Notes under the pieces: generated by a model | The model's input: the letters and a program-made list of their open reading frames with translations, nothing else | What the model was told of the DNA's origin: nothing | Databases searched by the model: none | In this document: positions 63,875 through 64,000 of the stretch, one piece after another | Layout: each line of letters starts with the position of its first letter | How positions within the stretch are numbered: the first letter of the stretch is position 1 | Made by a program: the position numbers and the translations under genes | Assembly: GCA_045600145.1 (NCBI GenBank) | Contig: JAZRXI010000077.1 | Span: forward strand, 36,482-100,481 | Direction: 5' to 3' | DNA: 64,000 bases | Source: Clostridia bacterium | GTDB taxonomy: Bacteria > Bacillota > Clostridia > Christensenellales > QALW01

Positions 63875-64000
63875 TCATTTCTGCGCCAAAGAGCTCCTTC
63901 GGAGCTGACCGCATGCGCCTGAAATATCCGCGCCCAACTCTCTGCGCACCGTCACCGATACGCCTTTTTCCTCAAGATACCCCATAAATGCCTTGACCCG
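63875..64000 (-). CDS. rlmN: 23S rRNA (adenine2503-C2)-methyltransferase RlmN, C-terminal fragment (5' part outside the window)
   Basis: Hand translation ..[41 protein letters not shown]. Canonical position upstream of prpC-prkC. Confidence 0.8.
   Translation of the reverse strand, partial: RVKAFMGYLEEKGVSVTVRRELGADISGACGQLRRSSLAQK

Noticed and set aside
1-64000. CRISPR arrays, transposases, integrases, prophage, restriction-modification or toxin-antitoxin genes
   Set aside because: I looked for regularly spaced direct repeats and for the corresponding protein motifs in all six frames and found none. The only repeats are the dispersed intergenic family and the nusB-leader insert.

Overview
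This 64 kb chromosomal window comes from a spore-forming Firmicute with Clostridia-type gene content: a complete spoIIIAA-AH operon, sigK and spoVG. I could not assign a species from the sequence alone. I call about 70 CDS, and most are core housekeeping genes. The left end carries the dnaA / rpmH-rnpA-yidD-yidC-jag origin-type locus, with two perfect DnaA boxes in the divergent intergenic region. To its right are a Mn2+ (yybP-ykoY-type) riboswitch with mntP and a Ca2+/cation antiporter. From 8.5 kb to 64 kb almost every gene is on the minus strand. In order these include sigK, spoIIIA, RNase P RNA, the dgt-dnaG-rpoD-trmK-nif3 block, ireB-ruvX, two cytoplasmic glycoside hydrolases, luxS, prsA-like, mfd, pth, glmU, spoVG, an EF-G paralogue, rsmI, an NlpC/P60 hydrolase, the asp23-amaP-nusB-(TsaD-like)-folD-xseAB-ispA block, and rlmN(partial)-prpC-prkC-rsgA-rpe. 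I found no CRISPR array, transposase, integrase, phage genes or recognisable defence or toxin-antitoxin genes. The best candidate for an undescribed system is a four-gene partner-switching-like operon at 33.4-38.4 kb that encodes no sigma factor. It consists of a 965-aa membrane sensor that fuses a PP2C phosphatase to an RsbW-type GHKL kinase, a SpoT/Mesh1-type HD alarmone-hydrolase-like protein, a STAS domain fused to a protein-kinase-like domain, and a stand-alone STAS protein. Other points worth a second look:
- A three-domain esterase-GNAT-BNR propeller fusion whose domain junctions still carry Shine-Dalgarno+ATG signals next to poly-A tracts.
- A dispersed repeat of about 130-180 nt (3'-flank plus terminator) downstream of four unrelated minus-strand genes.
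- A GC-rich insert in the nusB leader, flanked by a direct repeat.
- A NahK-like kinase paired with a GlmU-N-terminal-like nucleotidyltransferase.
- A pth gene with no canonical start codon upstream of its catalytic motif.
- Gene orientation that conflicts with an origin at the dnaA locus.
All protein family calls rest on motifs read by eye from the supplied translations. No database search was run.
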